A stretch of 64,000 nucleotides of DNA from Candidatus Zhuqueibacterota bacterium (lineage in GTDB: Bacteria; Zhuqueibacterota; Zhuqueibacteria; Thermofontimicrobiales; Thermofontimicrobiaceae), in the NCBI GenBank assembly GCA_049322915.1, contig JBMOPW010000026.1, positions 32,001 through 96,000 on the forward strand, given 5' to 3'. Shown here in pieces: positions 50,889 through 60,756 of this stretch. Every line of letters starts with the position of its first letter. The first letter of the stretch is position 1. The position numbers were made by a program, and so were the translations under genes. The notes beneath the pieces were generated by a model. The model had not been told where the DNA came from and made no database searches. It was given only the letters and a program-made list of their open reading frames with translations.

Positions 50889-51995
50889 CTACCGAAGGAA
50901 CGTCATTTTCAGGCTTTGGCCAATTTTTCCATTGACTCGCATGAGACACAGATACGTTCCTGAAGCCACACTATCCCCACTGTCGTTTCTCCCATTCCAG
51001 ACTACAGAATAAAAACCGGCGCTCATTTCGTCATTGACTAAAGTGCGGACTTTTTCGCCTAATGAATTGTAAACGATGACTTCCACTTTTTGAATGCCAA
51101 TTTCAGCATTGCTGATTTCGTAGTGAATGGTGGTCGCCGGATTGAATGGATTGGGATAACATTCGGTCAGGCGAGCTTCTTTCGGCGCCGTGATTGTTAC
51201 AGTTCTGGTCGCGGAAAAATAAAATGACCCATCCGTATCAATCTGTTTGAGCCTGTAGGAGAAGGTACCGCTAAAAATGTCATTGTCCAAATAAGAGTAA
51301 CGCTGTGGCTGACTTGTCGTTTGACGCCCGGGGACAAAACCGATTTTTAAAAATTCATCTGCCTTTTCACTGCGCTGAATTTCAAAGCCAAAGTTATTGG
51401 TTTCAGTTTCGGTTCGCCACTCAAGCAAAACATGGTCTTGCTTCACTGTTGCGTTAAATGCGGACAATTCCACCGGGACAACAAAATTTATGCTGCCGTT
51501 GCTAAAACTGATATTGGAGCCATAAATATCCTGGAAGGTATTTGTGGTTAAATATGTTCTCACGACACCCTGGTCAAATATGAGTGGGCTGTACTGGCCG
51601 GGATTCCCGGTGACAGTAAATTTCAGATTGACCACTTGTCTGGATTGGCCTGTAAATGTATGCGCCAGATCCCCAAAAACTTGGGTGAGTACATTTTCAT
51701 CGGTCCCCTGGCCGGTCGGTCCGTAAGGCAAATCGGGATTGCAGTCAAAACTGAATCCGCTTGCGTCTGGCCCTGATTCCGCAGACACAAAAGTCAATAC
51801 AGCCGAATTATATTCGACAACGAATTGAGCGGCAGCGATGGTTTCATTGGTGGAAACGATGATGGGCACGTCGATGATTGCGCCGGCTTCTGCGTTCATT
51901 GTGGGCAAATTCAAGGTGGCTTTTGTTTGTGAGAAAATAATCCCCGGCATCAGCCAGAGAATGAAAAAAGCAGGCAGGCAGGTCAGTTTTTTCAT
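50889..51995 (-). CDS. Secreted cohesin-domain protein with FlgD/T9SS-like C-terminal domain
   Basis: Signal peptide; cohesin-like GAIIDVPI...QFVVEYNSAVL; PVELSAF...ETNNFGFEIQRS...YRLKQID module; YPNPFNP tail. Confidence 0.8.
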   Translation of the reverse strand: MKKLTCLPAFFILWLMPGIIFSQTKATLNLPTMNAEAGAIIDVPIIVSTNETIAAAQFVVEYNSAVLTFVSAESGPDASGFSFDCNPDLPYGPTGQGTDENVLTQVFGDLAHTFTGQSRQVVNLKFTVTGNPGQYSPLIFDQGVVRTYLTTNTFQDIYGSNISFSNGSINFVVPVELSAFNATVKQDHVLLEWRTETETNNFGFEIQRSEKADEFLKIGFVPGRQTTSQPQRYSYLDNDIFSGTFSYRLKQIDTDGSFYFSATRTVTITAPKEARLTECYPNPFNPATTIHYEISNAEIGIQKVEVIVYNSLGEKVRTLVNDEMSAGFYSVVWNGRNDSGDSVASGTYLCLMRVNGKIGQSLKMTFLR

Positions 51996-52206
51996 GTTCA
52001 ATTCCCTCCGCAAGTAAAGTGCAAAACGTATACACTATTCCCTTTTATAAGTTTTGAATATCCACGAAGCGCACGAAGAATTGCAACTGTTTTGTCGTTT
52101 GCAGGACTCAAAGACCACCAACCGATCGTTCGGGATTTTTATCCCGAGCGGGCGCCATTGCCGGCGCTGGATGAAAATCCAGCGCGAACAGGTCGTTCAA
52201 CTTCAA

Positions 52207-55200
52207 TCATTTGATCACCGCGAATTTCCCCCGTCTGGAACTGGCTTGATTGAACACGTAATACAAATAAACACCGGCTGAAATTTCATCTCCGTTTTCA
52301 TCTTTCAAATCCCAGGCCGCGCCGCCGTTGCCGTCGGTTTCTTCGATCGTGCGAATCACCTTGCCGGAAAGAGTCAAAATTTTAATGGTCGCCTCGTCGG
52401 TCAGATTGGCGAACGTCACACCCGCGCCGTCGGTAGAAACGCGGCAGGGATTGGGATAAGTGAACACCTGCGATAAATCATTCCTGACAAAGACGAGCGA
52501 CGCCTGACTGCCCTGCCCTGTTGCGATGGGAATCCCGGTTCGGCTGAAAACATGGCGCACCGTGATCACATAGGTGAAGCCCAGCGCGCCGATGGGGAAG
52601 TTGGACGCAATGTGCAGATGAACCTGGCTGCTATCGTCCCGGTTGAAATGAATCGCCTCGATGGGCAATTCCGGCGCCATACCGTAATTGGCGGGATTCA
52701 GCGCGGTCCCGATGTCCGCCGGCTCGCTGAAGGTGATGGCAATGACCTGAGTCTGGATGTATTCGGCACTGACCACATAAAACTCGGTCGGCGCGTCGGC
52801 AGCCTCAAAGTACGCGAAATTCCGGGTCGTGTCAATGGGCGTTCGGTCGTGGTCAAAGACGTCGTTCACGCGAACCATGTAGCGCCCGGGCGAAAGAGAA
52901 GGCTCAGGCAGGGTGAGGATAATTTCCTCCCCGGATCGGGATTGAATGGCTGAAAGCGGCTGATCCATTCCATCGGAAAAAGAATAGGCCGAAACATCAA
53001 GGATGGAGTTGTTCATTGTTTCGCTGAAACGCAGTCGGACCTGATTCGGAGGGAGAAAAGCAGCCGAGGCGCAGAATGGTCGCGCCCCGGGCCGGGCCGA
53101 AATCGCACTGGTAAATCCGCCCTCTGCCGGATTCCGGGCTGAATCGAAAGCGGTCAACCGATACCAGTAGAGGGAATCGGCTGTCACCGCATTGTCGATG
53201 AAATCCAATGCGACTGTGGCGGCAATCGGCTGAAAATTTTCCGCGGTTTGGCCGCGATAAATGCGATAGGTCTGCGCGCCGGAGACCGCCTGCCATTGCA
53301 ACTGAACGCGCGTCTCGTCCAATGGCCACACGAGAAAACCAGCCGGCGCCGGCGGTCCGCCCTGCGAAAACCCGGATCGATCCTGCAGGGCCACGGTCAC
53401 TTCGCCGCTGCTGATGAAAATTTCAGGGATGCCATCGCCATTGAAATCGCCGATGGCATTGGCATGGCTGCGAGCAGGTTGATAATATCCGACCGGTGCG
53501 AAGGAAGAGAGGCCGTCATGCTCAATGACATAAAAATCCGGGAAGATGTTGATCAGCAACTCTTCCCGGCCGTCATTATTCACATCGCCGGAAGAGAGGC
53601 CGCTGGCAAAGTCCGCCGGCGAAGCAAAACCGAAAAATGCCTGTTCCCACACGGTTCGATAATCGTTCGGTCCGGCGCAGTCGTAGATTCGAAAGAGCCA
53701 GAAGCGCCCGTCGTACTCGTGTTCGGCGTCCAACTCCTGGGAGGAATGGCAGCCGGCAGCGAACTCGACGACGCCATCCCCGTCGTAGTCGCCGCTGGCA
53801 ATGAAATCGATGGCATCCATCAGCGGTAGACGGTCGCTCCAGATGAATGCGTACTGGTTGTCCCCGGTGCATTCGTAGATGTAAATATCCCCATCATAAT
53901 CGCCCATCAGTATTTCTGATTGACCGTCGCCATCGAAGTCACCGATTTCAGCGTGCGGAATGCCTGTGCCATTGGTCCCCTCCGTCGGATTGGGGAACGA
54001 ATCGATGAACGCGTAGTGATTGTCGCCCGTTGTTTCGAGGATCGAGAATGTGTTGGCGATTCGCGCGATAATTTCGCCGCGCCCATCCTGATCCAGATCC
54101 GCGAACCGGCTGGCCCAAAAATCATTGGTATCGCTCCAGACGAAATTCGTCGGAAAAGCGTCTGATTCCGGCATTTCAAAAATGAACGATACAGGCCCGG
54201 CACCGGCGAGAATTTCCAGCAATCCGTCATTGTCCGAATCACCCACATCGCGGGGAATGGCCACGTGGGCGCTCGCGGCGACCGGCAGAAAGTGATCGCC
54301 GTCGACTTCAAAAAGAGTGAGCGGGCCGAAGGTCTGGTCAACCGTCAACTCGCTGGCGATGAGCTCCCGGCGACCATCGCCATCAAAATCGCCGGTGCAT
54401 GGAAGAAGATACAGCGGCGGCAGGGAATAATTCACGCGCGCGAAACGGCTGGTTTCAATCTCGCCCTGAGTCAAATGAATGACGAGCGAATCCGCCTGTC
54501 CAATGGTTGTCAGCCCGGCATTATTTGTGACTTCAATGCGCCATTCAAATGAGCCGGATTCGGTGAAAAAATAACGGTGCTGTTTCACGTGATAGCCCAG
54601 GGGAATTTCTCCGAACGGCTCGGTGGAATGAAGGGGGCGATAGAAAATGGTGGCGCGGGTGACGTCGTCGGTGGTGAATTCCAACAGGGCTCCGAATCCG
54701 TCGCCGTCGGCCATGATCTGAGGCGGCGAAATGGACGAAATCCGAGGCGGCGTGCTATCGATGAAAATGTGGGTGTAATCCTCGACCGCGCTGCCATCGG
54801 AATTGATCGCGCGGAGCCGAATAACGTAGTCGGAATCCGGCGCCGCAGAAATGGCCCAGAGAGCGAGCGTATCACCGATGACCTGCCGGCCCTCGACGCG
54901 CGCGATGAGCGACCAATTGTCCGGGTTGACCCCTGGCCCGTAACTCACTTCGTACTGCTGCAACAAAGCGCCAGAGGCGGACCCCACAATGGGAATGGTT
55001 GATTCGGCAAAGCCGTGGTCCAGTGCCGGAGAGGAGATTTCCGCCTGCGAAGTGTATTGAACCTGCAACGCCCTGAGCGCGTTGATTCTGCCGCTGGCAT
55101 AAAAGTCGTCCCAGCCAGTCTGGCCAATGTCATCGCTGGAGGAGACGATGATATTGCGCACATCGTCGCTCGTCAAAGCCGGCTGTCGGCTCAGGATGAG

Positions 55201-56415
55201 CGCTGCAACGCCGGAAACCACCGGCGCGGCAGCCGAAGTCCCGGAGATGGCCGCGTATTGATTGCCTTTTGATGTGGTGAGAATATCCACGCCCGGAGCG
55301 ACGACATCCACAGTGACGCCAAAGTTGGAGAACTGCGCCAGGCCGTCGGATTCATCCGTGGCGCCGACAGAGATGACCCCCGGCAGGCCGGAGGGATAAT
55401 GCACCTGATCCGACGCGCTGTTGCCGCACGAGGCAATCAGCACGCAACCGCTATTGGCGGCGAACTGAACCACATCGCGCAGCATCTGCGATGTGGCAAT
55501 GTCGCCAAAACTCATGTTGATGACGCGCGCGTCGTTATCCACGGCGTAGACAATGGCGGAGGCGACATCGTCTTCTTCCAGCAGACCCTGGCTGGTGCCT
55601 GCCCGAAGATTCATGATCCGGCAGCCAGGCGCAACGCCGGCAACGCCTGTCCCATTGTTCCCTGCGGCTGCGGCAATCCCGGCAACCGCAGTGCCGTGGC
55701 CGTGCTCGTCCGCCGGATCGTTATCCCTGTCCCGATAATCGCCGCCATCCGGGAAATGCAGCGCATCGGTGAAATCCCAGCCGTGGATGTCATCCACGAA
55801 GCCGTTGCTATCGTCGTCCGCCTGGTTGAAATCGGCTGGGTCGACGCGGCCATTCCCATTCACATCTTCGCCGGGATTCAGCCAGATCATCGTATTCAAA
55901 TCTTCGTGCGTGTACTCGATGCCGGTGTCGATGATCCCGACGATCACGGTTCGCTCTCCCCACGAAATGTCCCAGGCTTTGCTGAGACCAATGCGGTCGA
56001 TGAGCCATTGGTCCGAAATGAGCGGATCATTGGGGACAGCGTGGATTATTAACAGGTGGTTTTCCTGCGCGTACTCAATTTCTGGATTTTTTCGGAGGCG
56101 CGAAAGCGTTTGATCCATGCTGACCGACGCCGGCAGGTCGATCATGACCAGCCGATTCAGACCCTGGTTGATGAAGCTGGCGGATCGTGTGCGTTTTGAT
56201 TCCGGTCGGTCGAATAGCCTTTTGATGGCGGATGACTCGAAAGTCAGCTCAGGTGAATCCTGTTCTTCGGCCACAATCCGGCGCATCTCGGGCAGCGGCA
56301 GGGACTGTTTAAATTTCAAAATTATCTGCCGGGACTCCTGGCCGGACCTTGCTGGCGCGGGCAGCGTCAGGGCGATAAATCCGAGTACAATGATGCTGGT
56401 TCGAACGAGATGCAT
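52207..56415 (-). CDS. Secreted S8 subtilisin-like serine protease with FG-GAP repeats, Fn3/Ig domains and FlgD/T9SS-like tail
   Basis: Catalytic triad motifs IDTG, HGTAVAG and GTSAAAP; repeated GDxDGDG; TYPNP...WDL...AGVY tail. Confidence 0.92.
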   Translation of the reverse strand: MHLVRTSIIVLGFIALTLPAPARSGQESRQIILKFKQSLPLPEMRRIVAEEQDSPELTFESSAIKRLFDRPESKRTRSASFINQGLNRLVMIDLPASVSMDQTLSRLRKNPEIEYAQENHLLIIHAVPNDPLISDQWLIDRIGLSKAWDISWGERTVIVGIIDTGIEYTHEDLNTMIWLNPGEDVNGNGRVDPADFNQADDDSNGFVDDIHGWDFTDALHFPDGGDYRDRDNDPADEHGHGTAVAGIAAAAGNNGTGVAGVAPGCRIMNLRAGTSQGLLEEDDVASAIVYAVDNDARVINMSFGDIATSQMLRDVVQFAANSGCVLIASCGNSASDQVHYPSGLPGVISVGATDESDGLAQFSNFGVTVDVVAPGVDILTTSKGNQYAAISGTSAAAPVVSGVAALILSRQPALTSDDVRNIIVSSSDDIGQTGWDDFYASGRINALRALQVQYTSQAEISSPALDHGFAESTIPIVGSASGALLQQYEVSYGPGVNPDNWSLIARVEGRQVIGDTLALWAISAAPDSDYVIRLRAINSDGSAVEDYTHIFIDSTPPRISSISPPQIMADGDGFGALLEFTTDDVTRATIFYRPLHSTEPFGEIPLGYHVKQHRYFFTESGSFEWRIEVTNNAGLTTIGQADSLVIHLTQGEIETSRFARVNYSLPPLYLLPCTGDFDGDGRRELIASELTVDQTFGPLTLFEVDGDHFLPVAASAHVAIPRDVGDSDNDGLLEILAGAGPVSFIFEMPESDAFPTNFVWSDTNDFWASRFADLDQDGRGEIIARIANTFSILETTGDNHYAFIDSFPNPTEGTNGTGIPHAEIGDFDGDGQSEILMGDYDGDIYIYECTGDNQYAFIWSDRLPLMDAIDFIASGDYDGDGVVEFAAGCHSSQELDAEHEYDGRFWLFRIYDCAGPNDYRTVWEQAFFGFASPADFASGLSSGDVNNDGREELLINIFPDFYVIEHDGLSSFAPVGYYQPARSHANAIGDFNGDGIPEIFISSGEVTVALQDRSGFSQGGPPAPAGFLVWPLDETRVQLQWQAVSGAQTYRIYRGQTAENFQPIAATVALDFIDNAVTADSLYWYRLTAFDSARNPAEGGFTSAISARPGARPFCASAAFLPPNQVRLRFSETMNNSILDVSAYSFSDGMDQPLSAIQSRSGEEIILTLPEPSLSPGRYMVRVNDVFDHDRTPIDTTRNFAYFEAADAPTEFYVVSAEYIQTQVIAITFSEPADIGTALNPANYGMAPELPIEAIHFNRDDSSQVHLHIASNFPIGALGFTYVITVRHVFSRTGIPIATGQGSQASLVFVRNDLSQVFTYPNPCRVSTDGAGVTFANLTDEATIKILTLSGKVIRTIEETDGNGGAAWDLKDENGDEISAGVYLYYVFNQASSRRGKFAVIK

Positions 56416-56511
56416 GAAGCGATTCCTTTTCTCTGCGTATGACTGGCGCGTCCGGACGAGTGAGCGTGGCTCGCATTGATCCTCGTTGTTGGAAGGGCGC
56501 GCTAAAAGCTT

Positions 56512-57414
56512 TCATGGCCTCGGCTTGCGAAGCCAGTGGTGCACGATAGTAAAAAGCGAACGCAATCCTGCCAGAAGATACAGCAGCCCGCCGGTGACAA
56601 GGGTCGCGGTGCGTTCACGGAAGGAATGATCGTATTTTTTGAAATAGGTGACGAACGAACGATGGCTCGACCAGATCATTCTCAACCGATTTCGGTGAAT
56701 GGATGTGCCTTTGTAATGAATGATGTGAACGTCCGGGATGAATTGGATTTTCCATTGCTGAGCTGCAAATCGGCGACACCAATCCACGTCGCTGAAAAAC
56801 ATGGGAAATGATTCGTCCAGTTTCCCGATTTGAGCGACGGCCTTTGCCTTTGCAAGAAGAAATGCCCCCTGGGGTTGGTCCACGTCGCGCCGGGACTGAT
56901 GGTTGAAATCTCCCATTTTCCAGTAATTGAATTCGCTGCTTTTGGGAAACAGGCAACTCAATCCTATCGCTGCATAAAACACATCGCGTCGACGGGGAAA
57001 TTGACGGCACGAAGGTTGAATGGTCCCATCCGGATTCCTGAACTGCGGCGAAACCATGCCGAGGGCAGCATCGTCATCGAGCGCCGAGATCAACTCCCGG
57101 AAAATGGGCATGGGGAATTCGGTGTCCGGGTTCAGCAGCAGGATGAATCGCCCGCGACTTCGATTCAAACCCTGGTTCACGCCGCGGGTGAATCCTTCAT
57201 TTCTGGAATTGGCCAGAATGAACCAATCAAGCGATTCTCCAGATGATTGCAGCAAAGTTCGGGCATTGGTGACGGTGTCGTCTGTCGAAGCATTATCGAC
57301 CAGAATTATTTCGACCCGAAGCGATGCCAGAATCTTTCTCAGCGTCGAGAGACAAAGTTGAATTTCTCGATCGTGGTTGAAAGTGACAATGATGATGGAT
57401 AGATCAACTGCCAT
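56512..57414 (-). CDS. Family 2 glycosyltransferase
   Basis: SIIIVTFN, VDNASTD, NEGF, LLNPD and FFSDVDWC. Confidence 0.92.
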   Translation of the reverse strand: MAVDLSIIIVTFNHDREIQLCLSTLRKILASLRVEIILVDNASTDDTVTNARTLLQSSGESLDWFILANSRNEGFTRGVNQGLNRSRGRFILLLNPDTEFPMPIFRELISALDDDAALGMVSPQFRNPDGTIQPSCRQFPRRRDVFYAAIGLSCLFPKSSEFNYWKMGDFNHQSRRDVDQPQGAFLLAKAKAVAQIGKLDESFPMFFSDVDWCRRFAAQQWKIQFIPDVHIIHYKGTSIHRNRLRMIWSSHRSFVTYFKKYDHSFRERTATLVTGGLLYLLAGLRSLFTIVHHWLRKPRP

Positions 57415-57651
57415 AACAATCTCCGCACAACATCCTCAAAACCACGTGGTATTGCGATATAATTTACCAGAAAAAATTACAGAGTCAAGCGAATTTCTTC
57501 AGCGATTTTTCAATAGAAATTTTGTTGCAATTGAGAAACAAAATCACTACCTTCTCGGCCAATTCATTGTCGTTTGATGGTTAAACGAAATAACATCTAT
57601 TTCGTTCATGAACATGGATATGACATCAGAAGTTATTGAAAGGAAATCCTC

Positions 57652-58311
57652 ATGAGTAGAAATATGGAGGGGCTGATTCTCTCCTTCGCATTTGTCTTTG
57701 CGATGATATTTATTGCCACAGCAGCGCGAAAAATATTCAAGCTGAGCAATGAAGCCAGTCGGAAAATAATCCACGTCTCAGTGGGCAACTGGATCTTTTT
57801 CGCCTTGTATTATTTTCGCGATTGGTACATCGCCATCATCGGACCGCTCTTTTTCATCGCGCTGAACATCATCTCATACAATGCCAAAATTTTCAAGGCC
57901 ATGGAATTGGATGATAAAAATCCCGGCACAATTTATTACCCCATTTCGCTCACTGCCTGCACGCTGCTAACCTATTCCCACTCCCCGTTGCTCGTGCTGC
58001 CTTATCTGGGTATTGTGGCCATGACCTGGGGCGATGGTCTTGCTGCGGTGTTTGGCAAACGATGGCCAATCAAAACATTGTTCCGCAACAGGACCTGGGG
58101 TGGATCCATTGCATTCGTGGTTGTCACCTTCCTGGCCTCGATGATTTACCTTCACCTTACAGCGAACAGCATGAATGTGCCGGACATGATGCTCATTGCC
58201 GGCAGCACGGCTGTGCTGGGCATGATGATCGAACTGGTCTCGCCGAAGAATCTCGATAATTTAGCTGTCCCAATCATCATAGGGCTTCTTGGGTATTTTG
58301 TCGGAAGGTAG
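57652..58311 (+). CDS. Polyprenol/phytol/diacylglycerol kinase family (CTP-dependent) membrane protein
   Basis: SRKIIH, GDGLAAVFG, RTWGGS and DNLAVP motifs. Confidence 0.85.
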   Translation: MSRNMEGLILSFAFVFAMIFIATAARKIFKLSNEASRKIIHVSVGNWIFFALYYFRDWYIAIIGPLFFIALNIISYNAKIFKAMELDDKNPGTIYYPISLTACTLLTYSHSPLLVLPYLGIVAMTWGDGLAAVFGKRWPIKTLFRNRTWGGSIAFVVVTFLASMIYLHLTANSMNVPDMMLIAGSTAVLGMMIELVSPKNLDNLAVPIIIGLLGYFVGR

Positions 58312-58426
58312 CCGAGTCCGTGAAATATATTTTTTTTATTGCTTCTTTACATGAATTATCTTATTTTGGAATGATTTTTAGCGACCCCTGATCCTGTGAT
58401 TTTTCGAAAGAATGAATTCATGTGAG

Positions 58427-58716
58427 GTCACTTTTCAGGCATGCACACTTGCTTCAAAGACGCCAGGTCACGAGGTGACACGACGCTGTCCTTTTTTCAT
58501 TATCAAAAATGACGTGGCAATTCAATGAAAAAGTTAACAGTTAGATAGCTTGAATAGCCCCGACTTTTAAGTCGGGGAACAGCAATTCACCTCTGATTAT
58601 AGGGCTTTAGTCCCTTTTTAAGGCAGACTCGTTTCTTGAAAATTAAATTCAATTTTCTGAATCGAATATATTAAATATTTCTTCGTGACTTCAAGACTTC
58701 GAGGCAGAATAATTAC
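58427..58716. mobile_element. GTAAC-end family element A, inverted and internally deleted copy
   Basis: Ends gtcacttttcaggc / ggcagaataattac; contains the reverse complement of the ccccgacttaaaagtcggggctattcaag core. Confidence 0.75.
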
Positions 58717-58738
58717 CATCTAAACGTTGGGAAATCGG

Positions 58739-59548
58739 ATGCATTTCAATGCGCGACTGAATCAAATCTGCACGCAGCGCAACAGTCTTGTCTGTGTCGG
58801 ACTGGATGTCGAACTGGCGAAAATTCCGCGGTTTATTCTGGACAAAGATGCACCGCTGGTCTATTTCAGCAAGGCCATCATCGACTCAACGTTAGCATTC
58901 GCTGCGGCCTATAAAATCAATACTGCATTTTTCGAAAGCTACGGCGTGGCAGGCTGGCGGGCGCTGACCGAAATCGTGAATTACCTGCCCGGGGATGTCA
59001 TCAAAATCGCTGACGCCAAGCGCGGCGATATTGGCAACACATCCCGGATGTATGCGCAGGCGTTTTTCAGCACCCTGCCGTTCGACGCCATCACGGTCAA
59101 TCCCTATCTGGGTGGGGACAGCGTCGCGCCGTTCATCGAAAATGAGGAGAAAGGGGCGTTCATTCTGTGCCACACATCCAACAAAGGCGCCAATGATTTT
59201 CAAAAAATGAGAGATGGTGAATCCATGCTGTTCGAACGGGTTGCCAGTCAGGTGCAGCGCTGGAACACGAAGCAAAATTGCGGATTGGTCGTGGGCGCCA
59301 CTTACCCGGATGAGCTGAAGCACATCCGCACATTGACGCCAGAGTTGCCGTTTTTGGTGCCGGGACTTGGCGCCCAGGGCGGTGAACTGGATCTGGTGAT
59401 ACGGTACGCAACGGACAAAGATGGTTTGGGCGCTATATTCAATTCGAGCCGGGGAATTATTTACGCATCGGCGGGCGCGGATTTCGCTCAGGTGGCCGGA
59501 GAGAAGGCGCTGGAATTGCGCGATGAAATCAATTCGCGCCGGCATTGA
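58739..59548 (+). CDS. pyrF: Orotidine-5'-phosphate decarboxylase (subfamily 2)
   Basis: CVGLD, DAKRGDIGNT, TVNPYLG, GLVVGAT, PGLGAQGG and NSSRGI. Confidence 0.95.
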   Translation: MHFNARLNQICTQRNSLVCVGLDVELAKIPRFILDKDAPLVYFSKAIIDSTLAFAAAYKINTAFFESYGVAGWRALTEIVNYLPGDVIKIADAKRGDIGNTSRMYAQAFFSTLPFDAITVNPYLGGDSVAPFIENEEKGAFILCHTSNKGANDFQKMRDGESMLFERVASQVQRWNTKQNCGLVVGATYPDELKHIRTLTPELPFLVPGLGAQGGELDLVIRYATDKDGLGAIFNSSRGIIYASAGADFAQVAGEKALELRDEINSRRH

Positions 59549-59619
59549 TGTTCGAACGTGATTCTGGAAAATTTGAAATACATGCAATCGATAACACGAC
59601 AAACGAAACGGAGAGAAAA

Positions 59620-60195
59620 TTGAAAAAGGACGATGTTTTGAAAATCTTCAAAGAGACCGGGGCCTTTTTGGAAGGTCATTTTCTGCTCACGTCGGGACTG
59701 CACAGCCCTCACTACTTCCAATGTGCAAAAGTATTGCAATATCCGAAGCATGCTGAAAAGCTCTGCTGGGAGATTACCTATCACTACATGTCCGAGAAAG
59801 TTGATGTTGTGGTTGGTCCTGCGTTGGGCGGCATCATCGTGGCCCAGGAAGTGGGAAGGCTGATGAGCGCGCGGGCAATTTTTTCGGAACGCGAGAACAA
59901 CGTGATGACCCTCCGCCGCGGGTTTGAAATTTGTAAAGATGAGCGCGTGCTGGTTGTCGAAGATGTAGTCACCACCGGCGGGTCCATTCTGGAGGTGATC
60001 GATCTGGTGAAAAACGCCGAAGCGCAGTTGGTGGGAGTGGCATTTCTGGTCGATCGGAGCCAGAATCGCGTGCAGTTTTCCGTGCCAAAATATGCTGTCA
60101 TGGAAATGGATGTTGTGACGTACAAGCCGGAAGAATGTCCGCTCTGCAAGACCGGGATGGAATTGGTGAAGCCGGGCAGTCGGAAGTTGAAATAG
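59620..60195 (+). CDS. pyrE: Orotate phosphoribosyltransferase
   Basis: GHFLLTSGLHS, PALGG and VEDVVTTGGS PRPP motif; TTG start after a GGAGAG RBS. Confidence 0.95.
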   Translation: MKKDDVLKIFKETGAFLEGHFLLTSGLHSPHYFQCAKVLQYPKHAEKLCWEITYHYMSEKVDVVVGPALGGIIVAQEVGRLMSARAIFSERENNVMTLRRGFEICKDERVLVVEDVVTTGGSILEVIDLVKNAEAQLVGVAFLVDRSQNRVQFSVPKYAVMEMDVVTYKPEECPLCKTGMELVKPGSRKLK

Positions 60196-60375
60196 GTTCG
60201 TTATCCGATTCATAAGCAAGATGAACCGATCTGCTTTTAAACCTGTTAGTCGAAAACAGCTTTCACAGGATTTTGTAGCAGCGTCATTCACTCAAGCGCA
60301 GATGCAAAGCCTTCGTTTTCGGTGCTCAGACTTGAGCGTGAATCTTAGTTTCAAATAGCTGAACAATAAAAGGAT

Positions 60376-60744
60376 TTGAACAGTATGGCAAAAGAATTTA
60401 TGAAAATCGGTCCTATTACCTGCACCATCATTGCCGATGCTAGCCTCAGCGAGGAGCGCAATAAGGAAATGGATTTTACTATGGCGACGGAAAAGCCCAT
60501 GTTAAAATCTCATGTCTCATGTTCCGATATGAATAATGGCGGAATGGTATGCCAGACCAATTCGCCGAATATAATGATTAAGACAAATGTGATTGGCGCA
60601 AGAATTCTGAAATTGTGCAAAGGGAAAATGGCCATCGAAAAAATCGCTGTTGAGCTTTCCGAGGAATATGATTTTGCCGATGAAGAGTTTGTCGAACAGG
60701 TAAAGACTTTTCTCAACATATTCAAAACATATAAATTAATTTGA
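60376..60744 (+). CDS. PqqD-family (RiPP recognition element-like) small protein
   Basis: TNVIGARILKLCKGKMAIEKIAVELSEEYD...VKTFL...LI fits the PqqD pattern LNxxGxxIWxLxDG...I...L...Y...V..FL...LI. True start may be 60469 or 60481. Confidence 0.7.
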   Translation: MNSMAKEFMKIGPITCTIIADASLSEERNKEMDFTMATEKPMLKSHVSCSDMNNGGMVCQTNSPNIMIKTNVIGARILKLCKGKMAIEKIAVELSEEYDFADEEFVEQVKTFLNIFKTYKLI

Positions 60745-60756
60745 GAGATCGCAACG

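Noticed and set aside
60196..60375. SAM or cobalamin riboswitch upstream of the methyltransferase operon
   Set aside because: A hairpin is possible (attcactcaag / cttgagcgtgaat), but I could not find the SAM-I or B12-box consensus elements.
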